64,000 nt of DNA from Macrostomum lignano. Its lineage: Eukaryota. Every line of letters starts with the position of its first letter. The stretch's first letter is position 1. Made by a program: the position numbers and the translations under genes. Below, piece after piece: positions 13,010 through 25,764 of this stretch. Where the stretch lies: the NCBI GenBank assembly GCA_002269645.1, contig NIVC01000217.1, positions 310,001 through 374,000 on the forward strand, in the 5' to 3' direction. Below the pieces are notes generated by a model. The model had not been told where the DNA came from. It made no database searches and was given only the letters and a program-made list of their open reading frames with translations.

Positions 13010-15700
13010 ATGTTGATGTAGCTATTTGCAGCTGGGTGACTCCGTCTATGGCACTGATGGCCCTTCTAAGGTACAGGCCCACCGAAGGGATGAGAAACAC
13101 GTCCTTTATTAAAAAAACAAAAAATAGCCAGAGCTAAGGCTACCTGAAAAGAAGCTAGCTCGTATTGTTCGGTTATTGGTGATGGTTCCATGAGGAGTGC
13201 CTACTTAAATGACAGTTCGGTATGATAAACAGAGTTGCAGCCGCTGTTCCAGACTGCCATGCTCATTGATGTTAGGTGTAGGATTGATGTGTGTGCTTTT
13301 CAAGTGCCTGTCGGTTACGACGTTTTCGCGGACCCGAGCTCCAAGTGCACACGGTTGACAATATGCGCGATTTTTATTCTGAGTGCATGGCACTGTAAAC
13401 TGACGTTTCAATGAGATCGTTTGGCATGCTCTCTGACCTGCTGCCTCGTTTTTCTCATTCTACAGGCCATCCGCGCCAGACTCCCGACCGTTTCAATAAG
13501 CACTCCTTCTAGATATTAGGGTAGAGTTTAACATAGGTTTAGTTCAGGGAGATTTTCAACAGCCAATTTGTGGCACCCCAGAACGGCTCGCTGGGGGAGT
13601 TGCGTGATGTGCTTTAGGGAGGTTGTAGCTTCCCCTCCTCTGTTTGCACTGCATTATTTGGGGCTTCTTGTTGCGCCCTGAAGCCTATCGATCAGGACCT
13701 TTTTCCCTTGCTGGCCCGTGTACTCATACATGTAACTGTAGTTGCGAAACCCGTGGCGGTCGGCTCTGCTGAAACTTTGCTAACTAGACTAGCTGATTTC
13801 ATACGGTAAAGGCTCGATCTACTGCATCCTACTCAAAAATTTAAAACAATCAGCCCCAAGGAAATTTGCAGCGGCCCATAATAACAGCAGCTCTTGTCTT
13901 CTGTTAACTCCTTGCGCTATTCTGTCTTAATTCTGTCGGTGATGAAGTGGACAGCAAAAACGTCCAAGTGTTTTGTGGCGCCACTAAGTTTTGTGTATTT
14001 ATTAAATGACTATATAAGTTTACTTTACGAGTACTGTACTCATAGAGTGGTGGCTTGCGTGCTACAATATAAATTGATATGATTTTCACCGGCATTTTCT
14101 GTCGTAAATCCTCCCTAATCAACTTCTTCTAATTTATAACTACGACACGACATTTTTGCCGACTCAGATTAGACTGCCAATTAATAGAGTGCTTGCTTCT
14201 ATTCAACGCTAACCTGTTCATTCCGACGACTCGCCGATGAAAGCTGTATCAAAAATGCGTCCAGACGCGGGTGAAGTCTGTGTTGGTTGCGTCCTGACGC
14301 ATCGGATTCCAGGACCCGTCTATCGTACTCAGTACTGTACCCTGTATGCCGTACCGCTACGCTTAGGTCAAGAATTCAGGGATGCAACATTTTCTGCGCA
14401 ATAAAGCCAAACGATTGTGGGTGCAGTACGAATCTGAAAGACAGCTGAAGCTCTGATGAAAATGGACTTGAGATGAAATTAAGATTCAATCAAAGCGGGA
14501 TTTTAAAATAAACAGACAGGGTAGGCGCATGGATGTGCTATTTATGCAAACAAGCTTTCTATTCCGATGATGGACACACGGAAGTGATTTTGAGTCTCAA
14601 ATGTTGCCACTACAACCCCAGATTTCCTATCAATACCATACAGTCAGTCGATATCCAGCAGTAGATTTAATATACACCTGCATTGGCATCGGCAGGTCTG
14701 CATCTAAAAGTCACAGTAATTTCGCCAACAGTGATGGAGTGACAGATACTTCTTGCATCACGCCAGGCCCTCTTTGTCTACGCCAAAGTAAACCTCGTTG
14801 AAGATTCTACAGCTACTCCAAGAAAGCTGAGTATTGCGGACATGATTTGGAATGATAAGCAGCAATAAGCTGTTCTTGAGTGGCTAAATATCAGTTTCTC
14901 CATCCGTACGTCTTCGACGCTCAGTCTGCCATGCTGCCCAATCTTGGAGTGTATTTTAGGAAATAGGAAATACTTTCTGCAGTCCCTTGAATCTGTCATG
15001 AGACAAGATTTTGGGATACTATTGTGAAAGGTGTTTTAACTTCCTCTGGCCCATAAAAAACCGAAAGAAGTTCTGCAGTAGCGCATGTCACAATCGAACT
15101 TCACATGGTCTTTATTTTTTTAATCGTCATCCTTGCAGCAGTATCTATCTTCTGAAAAGTAATATGCAGTGTGTGTATCATGGGCTAACCTAGTAAAAAT
15201 CGCTGTTCCGAACATGCTCTGTACTGACGCCATTGAAGTTTAATAGTTGAGTCCTCCTGTCACCACAAATAATTTCGACTTCACCCAACAATATATTATA
15301 AGCCACAGTCTAAAAAGCAAATTTATCGTTTTTTCTACCTATATTTTTTGCATGACGAAAATCTTACAGCTCGTAGCTTTCAATAACATATCAAATAATT
15401 TTGCTGCTCTGCCATGTGAGACAACTTTACTAGCCTGCAGACTGCCTGAAAACTCATCTTATAATATTGTGAAATAAACTTCTTACGAGACTTGAGATTT
15501 TAGTGTAGGCTCGAGATTAACGTAAAGATTTCCCGGCATCGGGATTCGCAGCAGAATCCATGACGCTAATTTCTTAGTACTGAACGCGTTACGGGAAGGC
15601 AGTAGGTAAAAAGCGTTCAATGAATTTCTTGCTTTTTACTGCATCCAATGTTTAATATAGAATATAACACACACTTTACAAATATTTTGAGGTTTACTCT
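13010..15700. repeat. About 2.7-kb copy of element X, paralog of 25765-28400
   Basis: Collinear similarity throughout, from TTGATGTAGCTAT.TGCAGCTGGG at the start to TTACTCTACCA at the end. Confidence 0.85.
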
Positions 15701-16840
15701 ACCAACGTGACTGCCATCGTCTAGGAGACAAAGCCAGTTCTTTGCTGACTCGATCAGCCGGTTGCTTCTCTGGCAGGGCAGGGCGCCGATCGACAGGTGC
15801 TCTCCGAGAGCGCAGAGCAGGCCGCGAAATGGGATCAGCAGTGCTGAGCACGGTTGGTTTCAGCCGGTGCTTTGCCCACCCAATCGCAGCGAGTGCCAAG
15901 TCAAAAAGATCAGTCTTTGCTTCTTTCTCGATCACCTAAAAGACGAACGTGCAGGAGCCGAGAGCGCCGGGCCAAGTAGATGGGGTTGACCTAGGCTGGT
16001 CCCTTTAACCGTGTCATCAAAAAGGCCTTTAACTTCCGGCGAAGCCGCTTGACCAATCCATTTTCTTGCGGGTGAACAGCCGTTGTCCAGTGAAGCTGCA
16101 TGTCGAAGAGCTGGGAACAGTTTGTCCAAAGCAACGAAGTGAACTGCAGCGAGACCTTGTCCGAGGTCGTGTTGTGTCGCTCGGTAGGTCAAAACGGGCG
16201 ATCCAGTTAATTCAAGACTGATTGATCTTAGCTGCTGAAGAGTCGGTCGCTAGGATCGACTCCGGCCACCGAATCAAACGGTCTACAGTTCTAAACAGGT
16301 GTGAGAAACCATGTAACTGCAGCTGGATGTCCTCCGATATAAAAACTAGGTGTCACTGCTGCATAGGGCCGATTGCATGAAGAAAGTATAAGTGACAAGG
16401 GAAAATTTGACAAGTTGACAAGTGACAATGATTTCGGTTTCATCCATGAGTTTTCAGCAGCGCCTTCTCAATATGACCATGGCTAATTTGGGAGTCCGAT
16501 TACTGGCTTCATATCCCACTCGCCAACCTTGTGACAATTAAAAGTTTTCCTGTGAGGACAGAAATACCTGACAGTTTTGTCCCATCGAAGCACATTGAGC
16601 TGTGTTATGAATTTCGCATAGCAGCGGCTGAGCTTCCAGTCAATTGGCAATTGAAGCTGTGAGTTGCCGTAGACAGCTGTTTCCTCCGCGTCTCTGTCGC
16701 CATGACAACCAAGTGATAGACATTGTCCATACAGCCAATCAAGGCAGCCGCTGCGGATGAGGGAGAGAGTATTAAGCCGGCTGTACTTCCCTGGGATGCC
16801 CGAACCCAGGCAAGTGCCACCGCTGCAGTTCCCAGCAAGA

Positions 16841-17599
16841 ATGACTGCCACTCACCTCCTTGCTTACCTGCTTCTGCTAGCCGGCGCGGTGCCGCAGCCG
16901 ACGGTGCGGGCTGGACTGGCCGAGCAGTTTCACAGCGTGAACGGCAGCCTCTGCATCGGCAGCCAGTTCACTGAGACCCACAGCACCAGCTCTGAGCGCG
17001 AGTGCGCCATGCTGTGCAGCGGCAGCCAGCGCTGCCAGGCCTTCACCACCGCCGATGGTCCGTGCCAGCTGTTCGTGTTCGACAAATGCAGCAAGTCGGT
17101 GCGGGACTGCGGCTGCTCCCGGAGAGACCGCCTGTTCATGAAGCGGCAGCCGGGACTCGAGCCGGGCGCGCTGTGCCCGCCTAGCTACGGAGACGAGCTG
17201 TGCGGAGTGACGTACCGCACCATCAACACCACCGCGTCCTGGTCGGCCAGCAGGCAGCTCTGTGAGTTGGAGCCGGGCCTGGTGATCATGGCTGACATTA
17301 TGGACTCAAACGAGATGGAGCACGCTGAGAGGCTGTACAAAAAGACCTACTCCGGTGGCTCGATGTGGCTGGGAGGCCACCAGCTGCCGGGCAGTTCGGA
17401 GCCAGTGGCCGGCTGGGTCTGGGAGAGCTGCGATGGCAGCCTCAGCGGCAGCCTGTGGGCTGCCGGCGAGCCAAGCAATATTGGAGACATACAGAATGTC
17501 ACAGTGAGGCACAAACTAAGAGCCGGAATCGCGGACTTCAAAGACGAAGCGGGCCTGGCAGTTGGTGTGCTCTGTGAGTGCGTGTCGCCTTTTGAGTGA
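16841..17599 (+). CDS. Intronless secreted PAN/Apple + C-type lectin-like protein (252 aa)
   Basis: Signal peptide MTATHLLAYLLLLAGA; PAN core ECAMLCSGSQRCQAF...CQL; CTLD motifs SW..SRQLC, WLGG, WVW, WAAGEPSN and a terminal LCE. Uninterrupted GC-rich ORF. Confidence 0.88.
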   Translation: MTATHLLAYLLLLAGAVPQPTVRAGLAEQFHSVNGSLCIGSQFTETHSTSSERECAMLCSGSQRCQAFTTADGPCQLFVFDKCSKSVRDCGCSRRDRLFMKRQPGLEPGALCPPSYGDELCGVTYRTINTTASWSASRQLCELEPGLVIMADIMDSNEMEHAERLYKKTYSGGSMWLGGHQLPGSSEPVAGWVWESCDGSLSGSLWAAGEPSNIGDIQNVTVRHKLRAGIADFKDEAGLAVGVLCECVSPFE

Positions 17600-18261
17600 C
17601 CAATGACTTCAATGTCATTAAATAGCACTTCTGAGACTTTAGTGCCTCGTGAACGTATAGGAACAGTTGGCATGGACAAATGAGGGGGTTGTAAACTCGA
17701 TGATATGACTGCAGTTGCTCTTGTTTTTTAAGGACTCGTAAAAAGTAAAGTCCCTTCCCCTGAAGTCTTGACAAAGTAGGAAAGCAAAAGCTGGCGCAGG
17801 TGATTAGCGCTGATTCTTATGAGGTACCTGGTATCGACCTGTTTTCTGGTTTCCAATGTTTTACTGTACTTTTAAAACCGGCCTTCACTTTTGCGAGTCG
17901 ATTGAAGTTTTCAATATGCAAGTATTTGTTTTTTTTCTTTTTTCTGTATTTTTCTGTCGCTTGCAGTGTAAACCTGCACTCACCCTTCAACTTTTCTACA
18001 TGTAAATTATAATTGTGTAATCGAATTTTCCTGCGTTTGCTAAAGCATCCGAATTTTTTAAGCCAATTTAAACCAATTAATAACTTGCCTACAGCATACC
18101 AATAATTTTTTAGCCCTTTAACTTTGCTTAATCTAGCTCGTATAATGCAAAGTAAAACCACACTACAAACAATTCTCTAAACTCAAACTGCTCTATCGAT
18201 TCTGATACCGATTATGCGAATAAATATACGCGCCTATTACTAAACAACTTAATTTTAATAA

Positions 18262-20306
18262 TCTCTACCTATAAAAATCAAAACTCTGTCTGTCTGTGTG
18301 TGGACAATTTTGATCGCTATGGACTCCCAAACCGCTCAACCAAATGACAACAAACTTTACACTCACCCTAAACTTACTACGGAGAATGTCTTAGGCTACC
18401 TTTAAATTTCCTAGACTCAAGTCTTCCTACCTAAAAGTACAAAAAACTGCTCAAAATGCGCGATTTTTTCACTTAATCCTCCATAGCGCCGCTCCACTTT
18501 TACCGATTCTCTTCAAATTTGACACAATCAATCTTCAACTATTGTGACACAATCGTGTAAAATTTCGAGTCTCAAAGTTAATCCTGAACGGCGCTGTTCA
18601 CTTCTAAAGTTAGTCTGCTTTTTTCAGCGAGACAGCCACCCCAACCTCCGCCCGCCTGCCTCTCTTTCCCAATCCGGGCCCAGATGTGTAAAAGGGTTTC
18701 AAAATTGACTAACTTTCAGCTGCCATAAGTTTGCTCCACATAAAGCGATTGACTTCAAACTTAACACAATTCTTCATTGACCCATTCTCTGTCTAAATGT
18801 AAAGTTTCAACTCTGTAACTCAACCGAAAAAGAAACTGTAAGCATGTGAAGTTTGTCTGCTTTTTCTGTTGTTTGTGCCACTCACTCACTCATTCCCCCA
18901 GAGCCAGACGAAGGGTCAGGCGATAGGACTGAATGTACATAGCAAATGTACAGTGTTTTGGAATAACTTTATTTATAGCCTTCTCTGGACCCCGAGAGTG
19001 GAGAGGCTACGTTTAGCCATGACAGTTTAGTGAGAAATTCTAACCACTGCCCTCCCCTCTGTATTGGCAAACTCTGCAGCAGTTTAACAGTGGATGGCAA
19101 TTGGCAATTGGCAAATCGAGGGAATCCACTATCCAGCATGGTTTGTAAAAGCGAAAGATTTATGAAAAGGCGATGCAATGCAATACAACCCTACTAAATT
19201 AGTCACACCATGGAAATTTTAGGTTTCTCTTAAAAGTACTTTAAATTTTAAATGTCCTAAGAAATGCTTATTTCCTTGGTTGTTAGACTGATGCAGACTG
19301 CAGTGGAGCTGAAAATACACAAATTCCTTTCAGGGCTGCGAATTGGCAAGAAAAATGACGTGATCAAAGCATGAGAACAGCCATGAGAGTAGTACGTCCC
19401 ACAAACTGCATGGCTTACCAAGCAGGAATGGGCAGACTTTTACTTCAAAAGCCAGATAAAGAATCCAGCTTATGTGCGGGCCAGATGAGAGTGGAAAGGA
19501 GAAGGAATAGACTATTAGAAGAGAGGAGAGGCGAGAGGGGGATATGAGAAAACATGGAATATAAGAAGAGAGACAAGTGGTGAGGAGAGAGCAGAGAAGA
19601 AGGGAGGAAGAAGTGAGAGGAGGGGAGAAAGGAGGGAGAGGAAAGAGTAAAGGCGAGAAGAGGGGAGAGATGAGACAGAGGATCGATGAGAGGAGAGTAG
19701 AGAAGAGTGAGAAGAGATAAGAGATGAGAGAGCAGAAAGAAGATGACAGAGGGTCAAGAGGAGATTAGAGATTAGAGAGGAGAGAGTAGAAAGGATAGAA
19801 AAGAGAGGAGATAAGAGGGGGAGAGAAGGGGTGAGAAGAGAAGAGATAGAGATAAGAGAGGGGTGTAAGAAGAGGGGAGAAAGGAGAGATGAGAGAGTAA
19901 AGGGAAGAGGAGGAGAGAGGAAAGAGATGAGATTGTAGAGATGAGACAGATCAAAGAAGAGATGAGAGATGAAAAAGGTGAGAGGAGAGTGCAGAGAGAC
20001 GAGAGAAGATAATAGAGGAGAGAGAGTATAGAAAGGGAAAAGAAAAGAAGAGAGGAGTAAGGAAAGAGAGGAGTGAGAAGAGGTGAAGAGAAGAGTACAG
20101 AGGAGATACGTGAGAGAACGTATAAGAGAGTAAAGATGACAGATGAGAGAGCAGATGAACAGACCAGAGATGGGAGAGTGGAGAGAACAGAGGAGAGATA
20201 AGAGAGAAGAGATTACAGAGACTAGAGGAGAGAGGAGAGACAGGGAGAGAGAAGAGGAAACAGGAGAATGAAGAGGGGAGAGAGTAGAGAGGAGAAGAGA
20301 GATGGG

Positions 20307-20341
<35 letters not shown>

Positions 20342-21019
20342 GAGGTGAGGGAAGAGACGAGAGAAGAGGGGAGAGAGGAGAGAGAGAGGAAAGAGTAGAG
20401 AGGAGAGATGAGAGAGTAGAGGAGAGAGTTAAGAGAAGAGAGAAAAGAATAGAGAGGAGAAGGAAGAGACGAGAGAAGAGGGGGAGAGAAGAGAGAGGAG
20501 ATGAGAGAGAAAACGAAAGAGTAGAGAGGAGAGAGGAGAGCAGAGAGAAAACGAAAAGTAGAAAGGAGAGAGGAGAGGAGAGAGAAAAGAATAGGGAAGA
20601 GATGAGAGAAGAGAGATGAAAGAGAAGAGAGATGAGGGAAGATACGAGAGAAGAGAGAGGAGAGACGAGAGACGAGGGATGAGAGAGAAGAAAGGAAACA
20701 AAAGAGACGATAGAAATTTTAAAGGATCCAAGGAACATAGGGAGAGTCAGGGACAGGCCAGAGTTTGCCAATACATGTTTTAGAGTCAGACAGACATTGC
20801 CTGGCATTCTGTGGAGTACCCCAGCATTCCAGCAAACAGTATAAACGTTTGCCTCAAACCCTAATTTTACACGAATGTGCTCCATTTTGTCTACCTCTAT
20901 CCTACTAACTATTAATTTGTTTGTGTATGGGGTATGGCCTTAGATTTCAGAATACAGGCAAAAGTAGTTCCGGGGATTGGAATTCCCCGGGTTTCAAATC
21001 CGCGGGTTTCAACAGCTTG
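18262..21019 (+). mobile_element. Non-autonomous Helitron, copy 1 (2758 bp), with internal GA-rich tract
   Basis: Preceded by A and starts TCTCTACCTATAAAAATC. Ends with GC-rich hairpins then CTTG. No TSD. Polypurine tract at about 19480-20710. Confidence 0.8.
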
Positions 21020-23061
21020 TCTCTACCTATAAAAATCAAAACTGTGTGTGTGTGTGTGTGTCTGTCTGTGTGTGGACAATTTTGATCGCTATGGACTCCC
21101 AAACCGCTCAACCAAATGACACCAAACTTTACACCCACCCTAAACTTACTACGGAGAATGTCTTAGGCTACCTTTTAATTTCCTAAACTTAAGTCTTCCT
21201 ACCTAAAAGTGCAAAAAACTGCTCAAAATGCGCAATTTTTTCACTAAATCCTTCATAGCGCCGCTCCACTTCTACCGATTCTCTTCAAATTTGACACAGG
21301 CAATTTTCAACTATTTTGTCACAATCGTATAAAATTTCAAATCTCAAAGTTAATCCTGAAAGCTGCTGTGCACTTTTAAAGTTAGGCTGTTTTTTTCAGC
21401 GTAGCAACCACCCCAACCTCCGCCCGCCTGCCTCTCTTTCCCGATCTGGGCCCAGATGTGTAAAGGGGTTTCAAAATTGACTAACTTTCAGCTGCCATAA
21501 GTTTGCTCCACGTAAAGCCTTTGACTTCAAACTTGACACAATTCTTCATTGACTCATTCTCTGTCTAAATGTAAAGTTTCAACTCTGTAACTCAACCGAA
21601 AAAGAAACTGTAAGCATGTGAAATTTGTCTGCTTTTTCTGTTGTTTGTGCCACTCACTCACTCATTGCCCCAGAGCCAGACGAAGGGTCAGGCGATAGGA
21701 CTGCATGTACATAGCAAATGTACAGTGTTTTGGAATAACTTTATTTGTAACCTTCTCTGCACCCCGAGAGTGGAGAGGCTACGTTTAGCCATAACAGTTT
21801 AGTGAGAAATTCTAACCACTGCCCTCCCCTCTGTATAGGCAAACTCTGCAGCAGTTTAACAGTGGATGGCAATTGGCAAATCGAGGCAATCCAGAATGGT
21901 TTGTAAAAGCGAAATATTTATGAAAAGGCGATGCAATGCAATGAAATACAACCCTACTAAATTAGGCACACCATGGAAATTTTAAGTTTCTCTTAAAAGT
22001 ACTTTGAAATTTAAATGGCCTAAGAAATGCGTATTTCCTTGGTTGTTAGACTGATGCAGACTGCAGTGGAGCTGAAGATACACAAATTCCTTTCAGGGCT
22101 GCAAATTGGCAAGAAAGATGACGTGATCAAAGCATGAGAATAACGATGAGAGCAGTACGTCCCACAAACTGGCTTTCGAAGCAGGGATCGGCAGACTTTT
22201 ACTTCAAAAGCCAGATAAAGAATCCGGCTTATGTGCGGGCCAGATGAGAGTGGAAAGGAGAAGGAATAGACTATTAGAAGAGAGGAGAGGCAAGACGGAG
22301 ATAAGAGAAAACATGGAAGATAAGAGGAGAGACAAGTGGTGAGGAGAAAGCAGAGAAGAAGGGAGGAAGAAGCAAGAGGAGGGGAGAAAGGAGGGAGAGG
22401 AAAGAGTAAAGGTGAGAAGAGGGGAGAGATGAGACAGAGGATCGATGAGAGGAGAGTAAAGAAGAGTGAGAAGAGAGTAGAGATGAGAGAGCAGAAAGAA
22501 GATGACAGAGGGTCAAGAGGAGAGGAGAGTGCAGAGAGACGAGAGAAGAGAGGAGATAAGAGGGGGAGAGAGGAGTGAGAAGAGAAGAGATAGAGATAAG
22601 AGAGGGGTGTAAGAAGAGGGGAGAAAGGAGAGATGAGATTGTAGAGATGAGACAAATGAAAGGAGAGATGAGAGAGTAAAGATGAGAGATGAAAAAGGTG
22701 AGAGGAGAGTGCAGAGAGACGAGAGAAGATAATAGAGGAGAGAGAGTATAGAAGAGGGAAGAGAAAAGAAGAGAGGAGTAAGGAAAGAGAGGAGTCAGAA
22801 GAGGTGAAAGAGAAGAGTACAGAGGAGATAAGTGAGAGAACGTATTAGAGAGTAAAGATGACAGATGAGAGAGCAGAGATGAGGGTGAACAGACAAGAGA
22901 TGGGAGAGTAGAGAGAACAGAGGAGAGATAAGAGAGAAGAGATTACAGAGACTAGAGGAGAGAGGAGAGACAGGGAGAGAGAAGAGGAAATAGGAGAATG
23001 AAGAGGGGAGAGAGTAGAGAGGAGAAGAGAGATGGGAGAGGAGAGATGAGAGAGAGAGAGC

Positions 23062-23106
<45 letters not shown>

Positions 23107-23953
23107 CGCAGAGCAGAGAGAAACGAGAAGAGATAAGAGAGAAAAGATAAAAGAAGAGAAAGGAGAGATAAAAACGCAGACAAGAGAGAAGAGAGGTGAG
23201 GGAAGAGACGAGTGACGAGAGAGAGAAGAGATAAAACAAGAAAAGAGATGAGAGGAAAGAGAGAGAGGAAAGAGGTGAGAGAAGAGACGAGAGAAGAGGG
23301 GAGAGAGGAGAGAGAGAGGAAAGAGGAGAGAGGAGAGAGTTAAGAGAAGAGAGAAAAGAATAGAGAGGAGAAGGAAGAGACGAGAGAAGAGGGAGAGAGA
23401 GGACAAGAGAGAAAACGAAAAAGTAGAGAGGAGAGAGGAGAGGAGAGAGAAAACGAAAGAGTAGAGAGGAGAGAGGAGAGGAGAGAGAAAACGAAAAGTA
23501 GAGAGGAGACAGGAGAGAGGAGAGAAGAGAAAAGAGACAAAAGATAAGAGAGATGAAAGAGAAGAGAGATGAGGGAAGATATGAGAGAAGAGAGGAGAGA
23601 AGAGAGAGGAGAGACAAGGGACGAGAGAGAAGAGAGGAAACAGAAGAGACGATATAAATTTTAAAGGATCCAAGGGACATAGGGAGAGTCAGGGAGAGGC
23701 CAGAGTTTGCCAATACATGTTTTAGAGTCAGACAGACATTGCCTGACATTCTGTGCAGTACCCCAGCCAACAATATCAATGTTTGCTTCAAATCCTAATT
23801 TTACACGAATGTGTCCATTTTATGTCTACCTCTATCCTACTAACTATTAACAAGTTTTTGTTTGTGTATGACCTTAGATTTCAGAATACATGCAAAAGTA
23901 GTTCCGGGGATTGGAATTCCCCGGGTTCAAAATCCGCGGGTTTCAACAGCTTG
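21020..23953 (+). mobile_element. Non-autonomous Helitron, copy 2 (2934 bp), head-to-tail with copy 1
   Basis: Junction CTTG|TCTCTACC. Ends CAGCTTG followed by T. Polypurine tract at about 22240-23660. Confidence 0.8.
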
Positions 23954-24109
23954 TTTCATCTATAAAAATTACTACAAAAGGACTTTATTTTTTACCGGTT
24001 ATATATTCATAATTTAATTTGTGTACAGTACGTGCAGGTTTTTTCTTCTACGGGTATTAGCTCTATTAATATCCGATTGGACAAAAACTGTTTGTTGTCT
24101 TATCCAAGG

Positions 24110-24944
24110 TGTGACGTTGCTAGTTTAAGGTGGTCCCGCAAAAGGGCCGTTGGACTACAATTTTCCTTACAATTTCTCATTTAAAAATTTCCAATTGTGT
24201 ATTCTCACGTTTACTTGTAGTAGCGCAACTAATCTGTATCAATTGCTAAATCACTGCGTACTTTGTAAGCTTTGCGTACGCCTGTAGGGCCTCGCGCGAT
24301 CGATAATTTCTGTTTATTATTTTTCCCTCGCCAGCCAATGATAACTCTCCGCATATATTATGCTAACCCTCCTGCGCTACTTTATTAACTCCGCCTGGCG
24401 GCGGGCTGGGGGTTTTTCACTCCCCTCTCTTTCCTTCACTTTTGTTTTGGCGTGCCTTCCTTTCCTTCTCTCTCCTTATCTCTCGCCACGGCTCCACTCT
24501 GTCTGGGCCAGCCTGTCTACGCACTCTTGCTCCACCGTGTACTGCCACGGGCTAACGCCCAATCTCGCCACTACTTGTCTGCCTGTCTACTTGCTACTCA
24601 CTGCCATCACTGTGCTCACCGCCATCACTTACCACGTTGCGTCGCCACTGCATCTTTCGTCAACTACTTGACTTCATAACTTTAGTTACATTCAAAAACA
24701 TTGTTGCAGCCGCCAGTGCCCCAGAACGCTATAAGTTTTGTATTGACATTAATCAATTATCATAATAATAACGATAATAAATTAACTTACGGCAGTCTCC
24801 TGCCTTTATACGCCAAGTGCTCCGCTACACAATCCGCTTCGCAAGAATTGACTTCACAATTACTTTGGACTACAACGACTTAACGAAAATTCTCGTCAAA
24901 ACGGCCCTTTTAAGGGTTGTAGTCACCACGCCAATAACGTGACA
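24110..24944. mobile_element. Solo LTR (835 bp)
   Basis: TGTGAC...GTGACA termini flanked by a 5-bp duplication CAAGG (24105-24109 and 24945-24949). Confidence 0.78.
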
Positions 24945-25764
24945 CAAGGAGTTCTACTCGTATAATTAGTAATCTAGACTGGAAGCGAGTTTTACCTCAT
25001 GAAGCCACGCCAATTGTAAAGATAAGGAGCCAGCACTGAATGTCTATGGCTCTGTCTGACTCTGTCTATGCTAGTCTGGCCTCATGAGGTAAAACTGAAA
25101 AACTCATTTCTACTCCAAGTTGCGAATTATAGAACTCCTTGTCTTATCGTTTCATTGGGCCGCCTCTGAGATGCCGATCGGGTGCTTTTGTTGAAGGTCC
25201 CGACAGTCGCCGCCGATTCTCCAGACGGTGATGAAGGGGACCCTGGTGCCTGGGATGCTGAGAACAAAAGCCTCTACGACTGATATGCATAGTTTGTTGA
25301 GCCGACGTCGTTTCATAATGAGATTTTGTGAGCAGAAAAAATTGCCAATGTTGGTGGTTTTTTTCCACCAGACACCCCGAGGAAAATCGTTGAATATCTT
25401 GACGATGCCGATTTTTCGTGATTCTTGAAGTTGCTTCATCGAATAGAGCGGAAAATTTTAGCCTGTGTTCTGGATTTTCATGGCAATTGGTTAAAACTTC
25501 TTGGAGATCCAGACAAAGGAAAAATATGTGTATTTGAAATACACCCCCATGGTCTTTCTATTGTTAATAGAACTTCTCATGAATTGAATAAAAAGCTACT
25601 CAATCAAACTACCATGGTAAGAATGAAACATGCACTGCAGAGACTACTGACGAAATTGAGTTCAGTAGTTGATTTTTGCGCTGTTGCGAGTTGCAATTTT
25701 TTTTACATTGGCTTCTATGGCCACATAAGTGGTTAATGAGTGGCCCATCTTGTGTAATATGATC

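Noticed and set aside
19515-23791. Long Leu/Ser/Pro-rich (minus) and Arg/Glu-rich (plus) ORFs up to 456 aa
   Set aside because: By-products of GA-only low-complexity DNA inside the Helitrons, which lacks stop codons; no domain signal.
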